From the NCBI GenBank assembly GCA_000092065.1, contig CP000599.1: 64,000 bases of DNA; one strand, given 5' to 3'. This DNA is from Ostreococcus lucimarinus (lineage: Eukaryota). The translations under genes and the position numbers were made by a program. Positions 18,986-27,648 of the stretch are shown here, in pieces. The first letter of the stretch is position 1. Every line of letters starts with the position of its first letter. The notes under the pieces are model-generated. The model worked only from the letters and a program-made list of their open reading frames with translations. It did not search any database and was not told the origin of the DNA.

Positions 18986-19771
18986 ATGCGCGCCGCGACG
19001 CGCGTCGCGACGTCGCGCCCCGTCCCTCGCGCGTCGCGCTCGAGCGCGTCGCGCGTCGCGGCGACGCGAAGATTCGACGCGCGACCGAGCGACGACGTCG
19101 ATTCGGCGCAAAGATTCGACGCGCGTATGGCGCTCGTGGCGCTCGCGACGGTCGCGGCGACGCGATGCGAACTTCTAAAGCCGCCGGCGTGCGAGGCGGC
19201 GTTCATGGAGGCGGTCGAGGGGTCGGCGTCGGTGGTGACGCCGGCGGCGCCGTCGAGGCTGAAGCCGCGCGCGCGCGACGTCGTGCTGGAATCGAAATCC
19301 GAACACGCGGGCGAGGATCTGCGGCGAGAGGACCTGCGAGGGGCGATCTACGCCGAGGCGGATTTGCGACGGAGCGATCTGCGGGAGAGCGACGCGCGAG
19401 GGGCGGTGTTCAGTCGAGCGGTGATGCCGGGGGTGGACGCGCGAGACGCCGATTTTTCAGACGCGATGTTCGATTACGCGCTGCTGCGAGGGAGCGATTT
19501 CACGAATAGCGTGTTCGTGGGGGCGAATTTCGTGCGGGCGGATCTGGGGGAGGTGGTGGCGACGAACGCGGACTTCACGGAGGCGGTGATCGATCGGTAT
19601 CAGACGCTGTCGCTGTGCGAACGGGCGTCGGGGACGAATCCGTACACGGGGGCGAACACGCGGGATTCGTTGCTGTGCGACTTGGTGAAGCCGTACGCGG
19701 GCTCGGGCGAGGGAGGGAAGGTGGTGGCGACGAAGACGTCGGGGACGTGGGGTGGGGGGGGGCGCGAGTGA
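18986..19771 (+). CDS. pentapeptide-repeat protein, probable thylakoid-lumen (Tat-targeted) type
   Basis: Tandem pentapeptide repeats (EDLRREDLRGAIYAEADLRRSDLRESDARGAVFSRAVMPGVDARDADFSDAMFDYALLRGSDFTNSVFVGANFVRADLGEVVATNADFTEAVID). The N-terminus looks bipartite: an S/R-rich transit-like region, then a twin-arginine RRFDAR, then a hydrophobic core MALVALATVAA with A-x-A (CEAAF). An alternative ATG is at 19127. TGTAA lies 12 nt after the stop. Confidence 0.65.
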   Translation: MRAATRVATSRPVPRASRSSASRVAATRRFDARPSDDVDSAQRFDARMALVALATVAATRCELLKPPACEAAFMEAVEGSASVVTPAAPSRLKPRARDVVLESKSEHAGEDLRREDLRGAIYAEADLRRSDLRESDARGAVFSRAVMPGVDARDADFSDAMFDYALLRGSDFTNSVFVGANFVRADLGEVVATNADFTEAVIDRYQTLSLCERASGTNPYTGANTRDSLLCDLVKPYAGSGEGGKVVATKTSGTWGGGGRE

Positions 19772-19851
19772 GCGCGGCGCGTGTAATTACCTACGTAGCT
19801 ATCCACTAAATCGACGCTAAGCGTCCTAATAAGACTACGTCGCGTCGCCGT

Positions 19852-22800
19852 CTACAGCGTCACGTGCGCGACGCGCTGCGGGAAGCGATACACCGTTCCG
19901 TCGCCGCTCAGACAGCTCGCCAAGTACGCCCCCAAAGACGCCGAACTCGACATCATGGTGTCTAAACTCAACGCGTCGTCCATGGCGACGCCGTGCAAGT
20001 AAGGCTCCAAGTTTTCGACGGCGACGGCGGTGACGTGAGACTTCACCTCGACGTTGTACGACGCGCCGAGCGCGCTCAGCGCGTCGCAAATTTGTTCGGC
20101 GCACGTCAAGAAGACGTCGTCGGCGGGCGCGGTGTCGTGGGACCGTCGTTCACCGCGGCGTTTCTTCTCGGCGTGGTACATGGCGAAAAATTTGGCGTCG
20201 TGACTTTGTTCCGTCGCCGCGGCGATGAACCCCAAACCGCCGGGTCGAAGCGACTTGCGGAAATTTCGCAGCGCGGAGTGTAATTTCCCGCGAGGCGTCG
20301 TCGCGAATCCGTGCGCGGTGTACACGATGTCGTAGCCGATCGAAGGGTCAGCGGCACCGCCGCCGTCGCGAGTGTCGTCCTGCGTCAGCGCGTCCGCGTA
20401 ATCCTGCGGAGGCACGAACGTCGTCGTCGATCCGCGATGGAGCGTGCCGACTCTAAACGGCGGCACGAGCGACGTCGCCGCCGTGTGCAACGCCACCGCG
20501 GAGACATCCAGTAGATCGACGCTGACGTATAAGCGTTCCATCGCGGGATCGATCAACGGTGACATCATCGCCTCGCGCGTGGCGTCCGCGATATGGCGGC
20601 ACAACGCCGCAGAAAACGTGCCGACGCCGCACGCCATTTCGAGCGCCGTGAGCGCGTCGGATGGGATCGACTGACGCACCGTCGTGTTGGCGTACACTGA
20701 AGACGTCACGGATGCCACGTCGCTCGCGTCGACGTCACTTTCGCCGCGCGCCCAAGCTTTCTCAATATCGCCGTCCTCCCCGTCGTCGACGTGTTCGCGG
20801 ATGCGTTCGCGCTGAAGCGACGCGAACGTCTTCCACCAGTCGTGCGATTCAGTGATGGATTGCACGTCTGAAAACGTCGCCATGCAATACCCGGGCGTAC
20901 GACGAAGTCGCTCGTGTTTTGCGGTGTCGTGCTCTTGCTCCAACATTTCGGCGATGCGTTCGGGCGCGTTCGACCCGTCGTCCACGGACGTCGCCGTGGT
21001 GGCGGTGACGTCGCCGCCGTAGTCGCTGTAAAATTCGTCGTCGACGATGGATTGAATGTCGGATTCATCGTCGTTTTCGAACCCGTCGTCTTCGGAATCC
21101 GATAATAACGGACGTCGCTCGATTATCGTCTCTTCTTCGTCGTACGCTTTTGCACGAAGGGGTGTCGGTGTCGCGCGCGCGCCGCTCGAAACGTTCGGAG
21201 ACGTAGACGTCTTCGGAGCCGCGCGATCCACCGCACGAGATATCCGAGCGCACTCCCCAGCGCTCACGACGCCCACGTTTTCCATCCAACCGGCGCGCAA
21301 CAACGCGCGATACGTCAATGTTTTCACAAAGTCTTGCAGCGCGAACGAGCACAAGGCGAAGACAAACACAAACGCGATGCGCGCCCACGAAATCGACGCC
21401 AACGCCATGAAGGGCCAATTCGCGCTCAACAAGCAACTCATCGTCAATGACGTGGCGAACGCAGCCAAAACTAGCCCCCCTGGGCGTCGCTCGAGGAACG
21501 ACTTGTGCGCACGAGCGCTGAAAACCGTCATCGCGTCCGTGAGCGTGAGCTTGAGAAACACACAGGTTTGCACCTCGCCGTACGGTAATCGAGCGCTCAG
21601 CGCCACGCGCAGTAACGCCAGAGTCGTGAAACACGCCGTGAAGCCGCTCGCCGCGCTGACGAAGACGTGCGGAAGTAAATTCCAACGCTCTGGTAAACGG
21701 CTCGGTGAGGTGTGGTCGTACGCGGTGCCGATGACGACAACGTCATTGAGCGCGGCGTTGACGCACAACGCGATGACTGGGAGCGTAAACGTATCCGGCG
21801 CGGAGACGTCGAAAGATTTTGGACTCACCACGAGGGCGCCAAATACAAAAAATCCCAAGACGTGCGCCGTGCACGTCGCACGAAATACAATGTATTCACG
21901 CACGCGCGCGAACATCACTCGGGCAGAGAGAACCGCGTGCGCCAAGGCTGCGAGCGACGGCGCGGCTAATATGATGTCGGACGCGCATCGCGCGGCGTCG
22001 CTAGCGTTATTCATCGACACTCCCACATGTGCGAGCTGAAGCGCCGCGCTATCGCTCGCGCCATCACTCACTAAACCGACGATGTCACCCTTAGCGCGAT
22101 GGGCCTTCACCAGCGCGTGCTTGTCCTCGGGTAGCATTTCGGCGTAAGCCTTCATGCGATCGAGCTTGTCGCAGTGCGCCGGGCTCAGCACGCTCGCGCG
22201 AAGAGGCACGTACGGTACATCGCTCGGAGTGTGGATGATTCCGTCAGAATTCTCGCTCAGATCGAAACCAATCTTATCGCACGCCACGCGCGCGACCCGA
22301 GCGACATCACTAGTGACGATTTTTACGTCGACGCCGAGCGATTGCATCGCGTGCAGCATCTCGTGCGCGTCCTTGCGACGCACGTCGTCGTACATAATCA
22401 AACCCAGACCGACGTACGAATCGTCGTGGGTTTTCGAACAAGCCACCAAGAGTGCGCGAGAAATCACTCCCGCCGCCGCGCGAGATTGCAACTGCTCGAG
22501 CGCGTCGTCGACGATGGCTTGCGCGCTCTCGCGGTTGACACACTTTTCTAGCGCGACGTCGATCGGGCCCTTCATCACGCGAAACGTCGATCCGTCGTTC
22601 GCTCGACGGATGATGCTTTCACTGAATTTTCTCTTTGCCGAGACATCGAAAGGTCGATGCTCTACGAGTTCGAACTTCCCTTCCAAGTGTCGCGCGACGT
22701 CAAAGGCGTCTAAAATCATCGCGTCCACGGCGTTTGTCGGCGGCTCCTTCCATCGCGTTCCCATCGCCGCCGCCGTCATGACGTCGTTTTCGCTGACACC

Positions 22801-23943
22801 CTCGAGTAAAGGCACCGTGGGAACGATCGAGCTCAGTTTTGCGGCATCTTTAGTCAACGTTCCGGTTTTATCGACGCACAAGACGTTCATGAGAGCCAAA
22901 TCTTCGATGACGCGCGCGCGCGCGACGATGCACGATTTTTTCGCCAACGCGCGAACGCCCAAAGAGGTCGTCGTGTGCACGATCGTTCGAATCGCCAAAG
23001 GTGTGCTGATGATCAAAAGAATGACCGCAAACGATAGCGAGCGGAAGAAGTCCTTCCCCCCCACGATGAGGTACAAGAATACGCTCAGCGAGGACGCGCA
23101 TCCGACCACCGCGAACGAGCGCGTGACGATGGACACGTTCGCGTCGAACGCGGACATTTCCTTGCGAGATGAATCTCTGGCTCGCATCACGCGCGCCGCG
23201 CGCCCAGCGAATGTGTGTTTTCCGGTGCGCACCACCATCGCTCTCGCGGAGCCGCGCTTGACGACGCCTCGCGTGAACAACGGTTCGCCCTTCGCGACGT
23301 CGACGGTGTGCCTGTCGCCCGTGATCAAAGAATTATCCAAAACCAACGTCTGCGGTCCGCACGACACGCAATCCGCGGGCACCGCACACCCGGGCGTGAG
23401 CGTGACGATGTCTCCCGGCACGAGAAAACGCGCGTCGACGACGCGCGACGTCCCCGATCTCGTCACCGTCGCTCGAGCGTCCACGAGCTCCGCCAACTCC
23501 CGACTCGCCCGCACCGCGTCCTCCCTCTCGACGTGCGACACCCACGCGTTACCGAAAACCAACCCCAACAAAATCATCGCGTTGAACGTCGGATCGTCGT
23601 GCACGCGCGCGTTAAAACTCTGCGCCAATTCCAACGCCGCCCCCGTCGCCAACACCCGCGCCGTCGGATTCCTAATCTCCGCGCGCAGAAACCGCGCGAA
23701 CCGCGCGCGCGCGCGTCCCGCGTCCCCCCCCCCCGCGCTCGCCTTCCGCGCCCGCGCGCCGTCGTCCCCATCCTCGCCCGTCGCCCAATCGTTCGCGCCG
23801 TACTTTTCCAACCGCCGCGCCGCCTCGCGTTCTCGCAAGCCGCCGTCGACGTCCGCGTCCAAATCCTCCTCGTCCACCGCCGTCTCCTGCACCCCGTGGT
23901 CTCGCGCGCGCGACATCTCGTCCATCATTTTCCGCGCGTCCAT
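19852..23943 (-). CDS. divergent P-type ATPase (P3A/plasma-membrane H+-ATPase-like) fused to a C-terminal class-I SAM-dependent methyltransferase domain
   Basis: One uninterrupted ORF. N-terminal P3A-like signature GLREREAARRLEKYGANDW. Phosphorylation motif CVDKTGTLTKD. TGD is found where TGES is expected (SLITGDRHTV). The hinge motif reads SDGASDSAALQLAHVGVSM where GDGxNDxPAL is expected. Ten predicted TM helices. About 470 aa of C-terminal extension follow, containing methyltransferase motif I LEMACGVGTFSAAL, post-I YDIVYTAHGF and motif III LRPGGLGFIAA. The start is set at the ATG at 23943-23941 (MDARKMMDEM); in-frame ATGs also exist at 24120 and 24228. Confidence 0.7.
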   Translation of the reverse strand: MDARKMMDEMSRARDHGVQETAVDEEDLDADVDGGLREREAARRLEKYGANDWATGEDGDDGARARKASAGGGDAGRARARFARFLRAEIRNPTARVLATGAALELAQSFNARVHDDPTFNAMILLGLVFGNAWVSHVEREDAVRASRELAELVDARATVTRSGTSRVVDARFLVPGDIVTLTPGCAVPADCVSCGPQTLVLDNSLITGDRHTVDVAKGEPLFTRGVVKRGSARAMVVRTGKHTFAGRAARVMRARDSSRKEMSAFDANVSIVTRSFAVVGCASSLSVFLYLIVGGKDFFRSLSFAVILLIISTPLAIRTIVHTTTSLGVRALAKKSCIVARARVIEDLALMNVLCVDKTGTLTKDAAKLSSIVPTVPLLEGVSENDVMTAAAMGTRWKEPPTNAVDAMILDAFDVARHLEGKFELVEHRPFDVSAKRKFSESIIRRANDGSTFRVMKGPIDVALEKCVNRESAQAIVDDALEQLQSRAAAGVISRALLVACSKTHDDSYVGLGLIMYDDVRRKDAHEMLHAMQSLGVDVKIVTSDVARVARVACDKIGFDLSENSDGIIHTPSDVPYVPLRASVLSPAHCDKLDRMKAYAEMLPEDKHALVKAHRAKGDIVGLVSDGASDSAALQLAHVGVSMNNASDAARCASDIILAAPSLAALAHAVLSARVMFARVREYIVFRATCTAHVLGFFVFGALVVSPKSFDVSAPDTFTLPVIALCVNAALNDVVVIGTAYDHTSPSRLPERWNLLPHVFVSAASGFTACFTTLALLRVALSARLPYGEVQTCVFLKLTLTDAMTVFSARAHKSFLERRPGGLVLAAFATSLTMSCLLSANWPFMALASISWARIAFVFVFALCSFALQDFVKTLTYRALLRAGWMENVGVVSAGECARISRAVDRAAPKTSTSPNVSSGARATPTPLRAKAYDEEETIIERRPLLSDSEDDGFENDDESDIQSIVDDEFYSDYGGDVTATTATSVDDGSNAPERIAEMLEQEHDTAKHERLRRTPGYCMATFSDVQSITESHDWWKTFASLQRERIREHVDDGEDGDIEKAWARGESDVDASDVASVTSSVYANTTVRQSIPSDALTALEMACGVGTFSAALCRHIADATREAMMSPLIDPAMERLYVSVDLLDVSAVALHTAATSLVPPFRVGTLHRGSTTTFVPPQDYADALTQDDTRDGGGAADPSIGYDIVYTAHGFATTPRGKLHSALRNFRKSLRPGGLGFIAAATEQSHDAKFFAMYHAEKKRRGERRSHDTAPADDVFLTCAEQICDALSALGASYNVEVKSHVTAVAVENLEPYLHGVAMDDALSLDTMMSSSASLGAYLASCLSGDGTVYRFPQRVAHVTL

Positions 23944-24394
23944 CGCCGCCGCCGTCGTCGCGCTCGAGTCGTTCGCGCGCGCGCGTCGTCCGTCGTCGCC
24001 GTCGTCGCCCGCGGCGCCGTCGTCGCCCGCGGCGCCGAGCGCGCGCACCCATCGTTCAATCTTTTTCGTCACCGGCGCCTCGTCGCGCGCCGTCGCGCGT
24101 CCCAGATCATCGCTCAGCATGCGTTCGTAATCGTCGCCGATCGGTGACGTCGGGTCGTCGTCGCGCGCGTCGCGCGTCGTCGAATTCGTCGCCGCGTCGT
24201 CGCAATCATCGCGTTCGCGTCGTCGCATTTCGTCGTCTCGCGTCGTCGCGACGCGGTTCGAGACGCCCGCGCGCGAGTATTTTTCGCGTGCGATCGCGTT
24301 CGACGCGATTCGCGATCGCGATTCGCGATCGCGCAAAGCGCGGCGTCGCGAGCCGTCGCGCTCTGACGCGAATCGCGTCGCGTCGGGCCGTCGT

Positions 24395-24460
24395 GATGTA
24401 TCATAAACCCTATATTTACGTATTGTACACTTTTTAGTACTATGTAGATGTAGATTTTGG
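24395..24460. promoter_or_regulatory. AT-rich bidirectional promoter island between P-type ATPase(-) and uL3(+), with telo-box-like AAACCCTA
   Basis: atcataaaccctatatttacgtattgtacactttttagtactatgtagatgtagattttgggtaaaacg. AAACCCTA at 24407-24414 lies ~115 bp upstream of the uL3 ATG. Confidence 0.4.
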
Positions 24461-24527
24461 GTAAAACGAGCGCCCCGATCGCGCGCGCGCGTCCGCACAC
24501 GACGCCGAGACGCGCGCGCGCGCCGTC

Positions 24528-25610
24528 ATGCTTCGTCGCGCCTGCGCGCGCGCGGCGACGCGCGTCGCCGCGCTCGTCGCGCCGAGCCGCGCGATCGGCG
24601 CGCCGCTCGCGTCGCCGCGCGCGCGATTTCCGTCGCCGCCGCAACTCGTCGCGTCGGCGAATCATCGCCTCGCGAGCGCGCGCGCGGCGGCGCCTCGACC
24701 GTCGAGCGCGGGAATCGCGCGCGATCGACGCTCGGCGCGATCGAACGCGGTCGAGCGCGCGACGTACGCGACGTCGGCGCGCGCGGTGGACGCGGCGCAC
24801 CGAAGGGCGAACGCGACGCGCGCGGCGACGCGAGAGGCGCGCCGAAGGACCGGCGCGGTGGCGATCAAGACCGGGATGACGTGCGATTGGGACGCGCGAG
24901 GGACGAGGATCCCGCTCACGGTGCTGTGGATCGACGATTGCGAGGTGGTGGCGGCGAAGACGTCGAGCGGGGCGGACGGGTACGACGCGGTGCAGGTGGG
25001 ATACGGAAGCCGAAAGCCGAAGCAGGTGACCAAGGCGGAGCTGGGGTACTTTGTGCGAAGGAAAACGAACATTAAGAGAGCGCTGTGCGAGTTTCGGACG
25101 AGCGCGGACGGGGTGCTGGCGCCGGGGACGGCGATCACGGCGGCGCACTTCGCGGCGGGGCAGTACGTGGACGTGCAGGGCGTGACCAAGGGGAAAGGGT
25201 TTCAGGGACCGATGAAGCGGTGGGGGTTCTCGGGACAGCCCGCGAGTCACGGGAACACGAAGAAGCATCGCGCGCACGGGAGCATCGGGCAGTGCCAGGA
25301 CCCGGGGCGAGTTTTTAAGGGGAAGAAGATGGCGGGTCGGATGGGCGGCAGGACGCGCACGGTGCAGAGCGCGTACGTGTACAAGGTGGACACGGAGAAG
25401 AATTTGGTGTACGTCAAGGGACAAGTCCCGGGGAACGCCGGAATGGCGGTGAAGATCAGAGACAGCCTGCGGAAACCGCCGGCGCTGGACGGGAGCGAGG
25501 TGCCGTTTCCGACGGCGGTGGCTGGCGAGCACCCGACGGGGGTCTTCGTCGCGCCGCCGCAGGGCGCGGATCCGTTCGGTAACCCCGAACCGGTGAAGCA
25601 GCGCGCGTGA
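24528..25610 (+). CDS. RPL3: organellar (bacterial-type) 50S ribosomal protein uL3, nuclear-encoded with transit peptide
   Basis: Bacterial-type uL3 blocks are present: GMTCDWDARGTRIPLTVL, GYDAVQVGYG, FQGPMKRWGFSGQPASHGNTKKHRAHGSIGQCQDPGRVFKGKKMAGRMGGRTRTVQ and VKGQVPGNAGMAVKI. An ~110-aa R/A/S-rich N-terminal extension looks like an organellar targeting peptide. ATG at 24528. Confidence 0.85.
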   Translation: MLRRACARAATRVAALVAPSRAIGAPLASPRARFPSPPQLVASANHRLASARAAAPRPSSAGIARDRRSARSNAVERATYATSARAVDAAHRRANATRAATREARRRTGAVAIKTGMTCDWDARGTRIPLTVLWIDDCEVVAAKTSSGADGYDAVQVGYGSRKPKQVTKAELGYFVRRKTNIKRALCEFRTSADGVLAPGTAITAAHFAAGQYVDVQGVTKGKGFQGPMKRWGFSGQPASHGNTKKHRAHGSIGQCQDPGRVFKGKKMAGRMGGRTRTVQSAYVYKVDTEKNLVYVKGQVPGNAGMAVKIRDSLRKPPALDGSEVPFPTAVAGEHPTGVFVAPPQGADPFGNPEPVKQRA

Positions 25611-25890
25611 GCGCGAGCGCGAGACGCGGACTATCTAGCTACTTAGACGACGGCGAGACGTTCGTTCGGTGTGATTGAATAGAAGTCGTAGTAACGACGG
25701 AACCCCGTGCGAATGAATATTAAATGAAACGCGCGCGCGCGCGTTCGCCTATTGATACCGACTAGAATGCATGCATGCACGCGCGAACGAACGAACGATC
25801 GATCGAACGAGCGAGCGAACGAACCCCCGTTCGCCCGCCCGCGAGCGCGCCTCGCGCTCGCGCGACCGCGTCCGCTCGCGCGCGCCCCCC

Positions 25891-26553
25891 TCACCGCTCT
25901 CGCGGCGCCTCCAACAACAACGGCTTGAGTATGTCCCAAGTCTTCGCCAACACCGCCGTCTTATAGCACAAAAACCCACAAAACGTCGCCCCGTACGAGA
26001 AATCAAACGGCAAATCCAACCGATTCCAGCACGCCGTGAACACGACGAGCGCCGTCGGCACCAACAGTCGTCTCTGCAGCAGCGCCCTCGAGTACACGCC
26101 GCCGACTTTGCCGAACGCGCCGCTCAGCATCGCGCCCACGTCCGTCACCGGTTCGTACACCAAATTTCGCGTGTAATCCGCCTCGCTGACGTTCCCATTT
26201 TCTAAGCTCTCGCTGACGCCGTCGACGTAGTCTTGGAGCAATCTGAGGTAGCCGAGCGCGCCCGCCGAGCCGAGCGCCGCGCTCAGCCCCGGCGCGACGC
26301 CGTACCCCAGCAGGCAGTACGCCGACAGCGCCGCGCCGTGCGCGAGCGTCGTCGAGCTCAGCTCCCGCTTCAACGCGACGTACTCCTCGTCGCTCATTCG
26401 CTTCTCATCGAGCGCGTCCGCGGGCGTCGCGCGACGCGGCGTCGCGATGTTTCCGCGCCGAGGGTTTCGTCGATTCGCATTCGGCGCCCGCGCGGCGCGT
26501 CCGAGCGCGCGCGCGTCCGTGCGCGTCGATCGCGACGTCGACGACGATCGCAT
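25891..26553 (-). CDS. hypothetical membrane protein, possibly chloroplast-targeted (AtpI/CGL160-like is a low-confidence guess)
   Basis: S/T/R-rich N-terminal region, then several hydrophobic helices (LAHGAALSAYCLLGYGVAPGLSAALGSAGALGYL; VGAMLSGAFGKVGGV; LLVPTALVVFTACW; FSYGATFCGFLCY). The start is set at the in-frame M of MRSSSTSRS. The track ORF extends to 26844 but would then overlap the PIS gene on the other strand. Confidence 0.4.
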   Translation of the reverse strand: MRSSSTSRSTRTDARALGRAARAPNANRRNPRRGNIATPRRATPADALDEKRMSDEEYVALKRELSSTTLAHGAALSAYCLLGYGVAPGLSAALGSAGALGYLRLLQDYVDGVSESLENGNVSEADYTRNLVYEPVTDVGAMLSGAFGKVGGVYSRALLQRRLLVPTALVVFTACWNRLDLPFDFSYGATFCGFLCYKTAVLAKTWDILKPLLLEAPRER

Positions 26554-26695
26554 CTCCGCCGCGACCGCGCTCGGGCGCGTCCAGACGGCGTCCAGCGCGC
26601 GCGACAGTGCGGATTGCGAAATTGCACTTTTTGGGGACGCGCCGAACGCGCGCGCGTTCGCACTCCTCGACGCGCCCCGGACGCGCCGCGCGTCA

Positions 26696-27474
26696 TGCCT
26701 CCGCGCAAAAAAGCATCTTCGACCGACGCGCGCGGCTCGCGCGCGCGCGCGCCGGCGAAATCGGCGTCCAAGGGCGACGACGCGACGCGAACGCGACCGC
26801 GCGGTCGAATCGACGCGCCGCGCGCATCCTTCTTCTCGCGCCACGCCAACGTGTACGCGTACGCGCCGAATCTCGTCGGGTACGCCCGCATCGCGCTCGC
26901 GATCTGCGCCCTGAGGACCGCGTTCGCGGACGTGCGGACGTGTCTGCTGTGTTACTTCGCGTCGTTCGCGTGCGACGAGCTCGACGGCCGCCTCGCGCGG
27001 CGATACGATCAGTGCTCCGAGTTCGGTCGAGCGCTGGACATGATCACCGATAGGCTGGCGACGTCGGGATTATTGGTCGTGCTCGCGATGGAGCATCGAG
27101 AGTGGTACGCGACGTGCGTGGGATTGCTGGCGCTGGACGTGGCGTCGCACTGGACGCACGCGTACGTCCAGCTCATGATCGGCGCCGACGGTCACAAATC
27201 CATCGGCGACGAGTCCTTCTTTCTGTTGCGGTGGTACTACGGGAATCGGATATTTATGGGCGCGTGCTGCGTCAGCGTGGAGGTGCTGTATCTGTGTTTG
27301 CACGCGATGCGCGCGGATCCCGCGTTCGTCGGTTTTCGCGCGCTCGGGCCGCTGACGTTTTCGGCGCTCGCGCGTCTCGCGATTCCCGGGTTCGTCGTCA
27401 AGCAGATGGCCAACTGCGCGCAGTTGTTCGAGGCGTGCGAAACGTTGGTGAGGATCGATCGCATGGCGATTTAG
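26696..27474 (+). CDS. PIS1: CDP-diacylglycerol--inositol 3-phosphatidyltransferase (phosphatidylinositol synthase)
   Basis: CDP-alcohol phosphatidyltransferase motif DELDGRLARRYDQCSEFGRALDMITDRLAT (D-G-x2-A-R...G-x3-D-x3-D). The PIS-like N-terminus NVYAYAPNLVGYARIALAI and multiple TM helices are present. ATG at 26696; the start is uncertain. Confidence 0.75.
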
Positions 27475-27648
27475 CGCGGCCGCGACGCGTCCGGATGTAA
27501 AACGAATGAAATCCGTCTTCGACGCGCGTCGCTTCGCGTCGTCCCGCGGCGCGCTGGGTGTTACCCCGCACACCGTCGCGCGGACGCGCGCGTCGCGCGA
27601 TATTTCGACGCCGAGTCGACGAACGCGTCGTCGACAAAGCTCGGCGTC

